DNA of 64,000 bases from Alphaproteobacteria bacterium. Lineage in GTDB: Bacteria > Pseudomonadota > Alphaproteobacteria > Bin95. The notes under the pieces were generated by a model that did no database searches, was not told where the DNA came from, and worked only from the letters and a program-made list of their open reading frames with translations. Shown here piece after piece: positions 63,466 through 64,000 of this stretch. Position numbers and translations under genes: made by a program. The stretch lies in the NCBI GenBank assembly GCA_965205265.1, contig CBDBGH010000003.1, positions 3,744,001 through 3,808,000 of the forward strand, written 5' to 3'. Position 1 is the stretch's first letter. Each line of letters opens with the position of its first letter.

Positions 63466-63748
63466 CGGTGACGCCCAACCAACCGATATCCCGCGATCGT
63501 GCATTGTTGTTCCGCATCACGCATGTTCGGAACCTTCCGTGGCTGCTGCGCAATGGCCTTTATGCAGCCTCCGGCCTCCGAGACCCTGATTTCGTGTCAA
63601 TCGGAAATCCGGATCTCATTGAGAAACGTGAACGACGAGTGGTCCCCACTCCGCCCGGTGGCACCCTCGATGACTACGTGCCGTTTTATTTCACCCCCTA
63701 TTCGCCGATGCAGCTAAACATCCTTTCTGGCCGAGGCGATCGTGCATT
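63462..63748 (+). pseudogene. darT: Truncated DarT (DUF4433) DNA ADP-ribosyltransferase
   Basis: FRITHVRNL..GL, IGNPDLI, GGTLDDYVPFYFTPYSPM; similarity ends after about 95 aa. Confidence 0.75.
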
Positions 63749-64000
63749 CATTCTGCCCATGTCGGGCAGGACTGCGTCATCCATTACCCGTGGCATGCCC
63801 ATTTCGGCCGCCGTGTCCGCCTTGAAGTTATCGAACAGCGTGCCGACGGCCTCATGGCCTCTGTCGAGGTAGAGCCCGGGCTGGTCATCAAGATTCCCGC
63901 CTGGTCGCTCGATCCTGCGTCATGCGCCGGCATGGAGATCGGCGCGCCGCGTGTATCCCTGGCCGCTCTTGCCGCGCTTCACGAGGTTCTCGTCGGCCAG

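Overview
High-GC DNA, probably from an alphaproteobacterium, in three parts. (1) 1-16.4 kb is a defence/accessory island at the 3' end of tRNA-Ser(GGA). It holds an IS66, a Gabija-like pair, a type I R-M system and an unusual three-gene operon (large Zn-finger DDE transposase-like protein, unknown protein, AlwI-like nuclease). (2) 16.5-28.4 kb and 60.9-63.5 kb are core-like metabolic genes: aminotransferase, two amidases with an Urt-type ABC transporter, djlA, sulfatase and a ThDP enzyme. (3) 29,060-60,815 is a nested mobile structure. An IS1595-family element (27-bp TIRs, 8-bp TSD TATCGTTA) carries a coupled methyltransferase + restriction endonuclease operon. Its methyltransferase gene is split by a 28.9-kb integrative element flanked by TCATGC direct repeats, and precise excision would restore the gene in frame. 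The inner element carries two tandem tyrosine integrases, a MobF relaxase, leading-region genes, a FitAB/VapBC pair, a type ISP R-M enzyme and a complete type II-C CRISPR-Cas9 locus. That locus has a tracrRNA with a split anti-repeat, several spacers reading as xGNAxV hexapeptide repeats, and flanking duplicates of the relaxase 3' end. All family calls come from motif recognition by eye, not from database searches.
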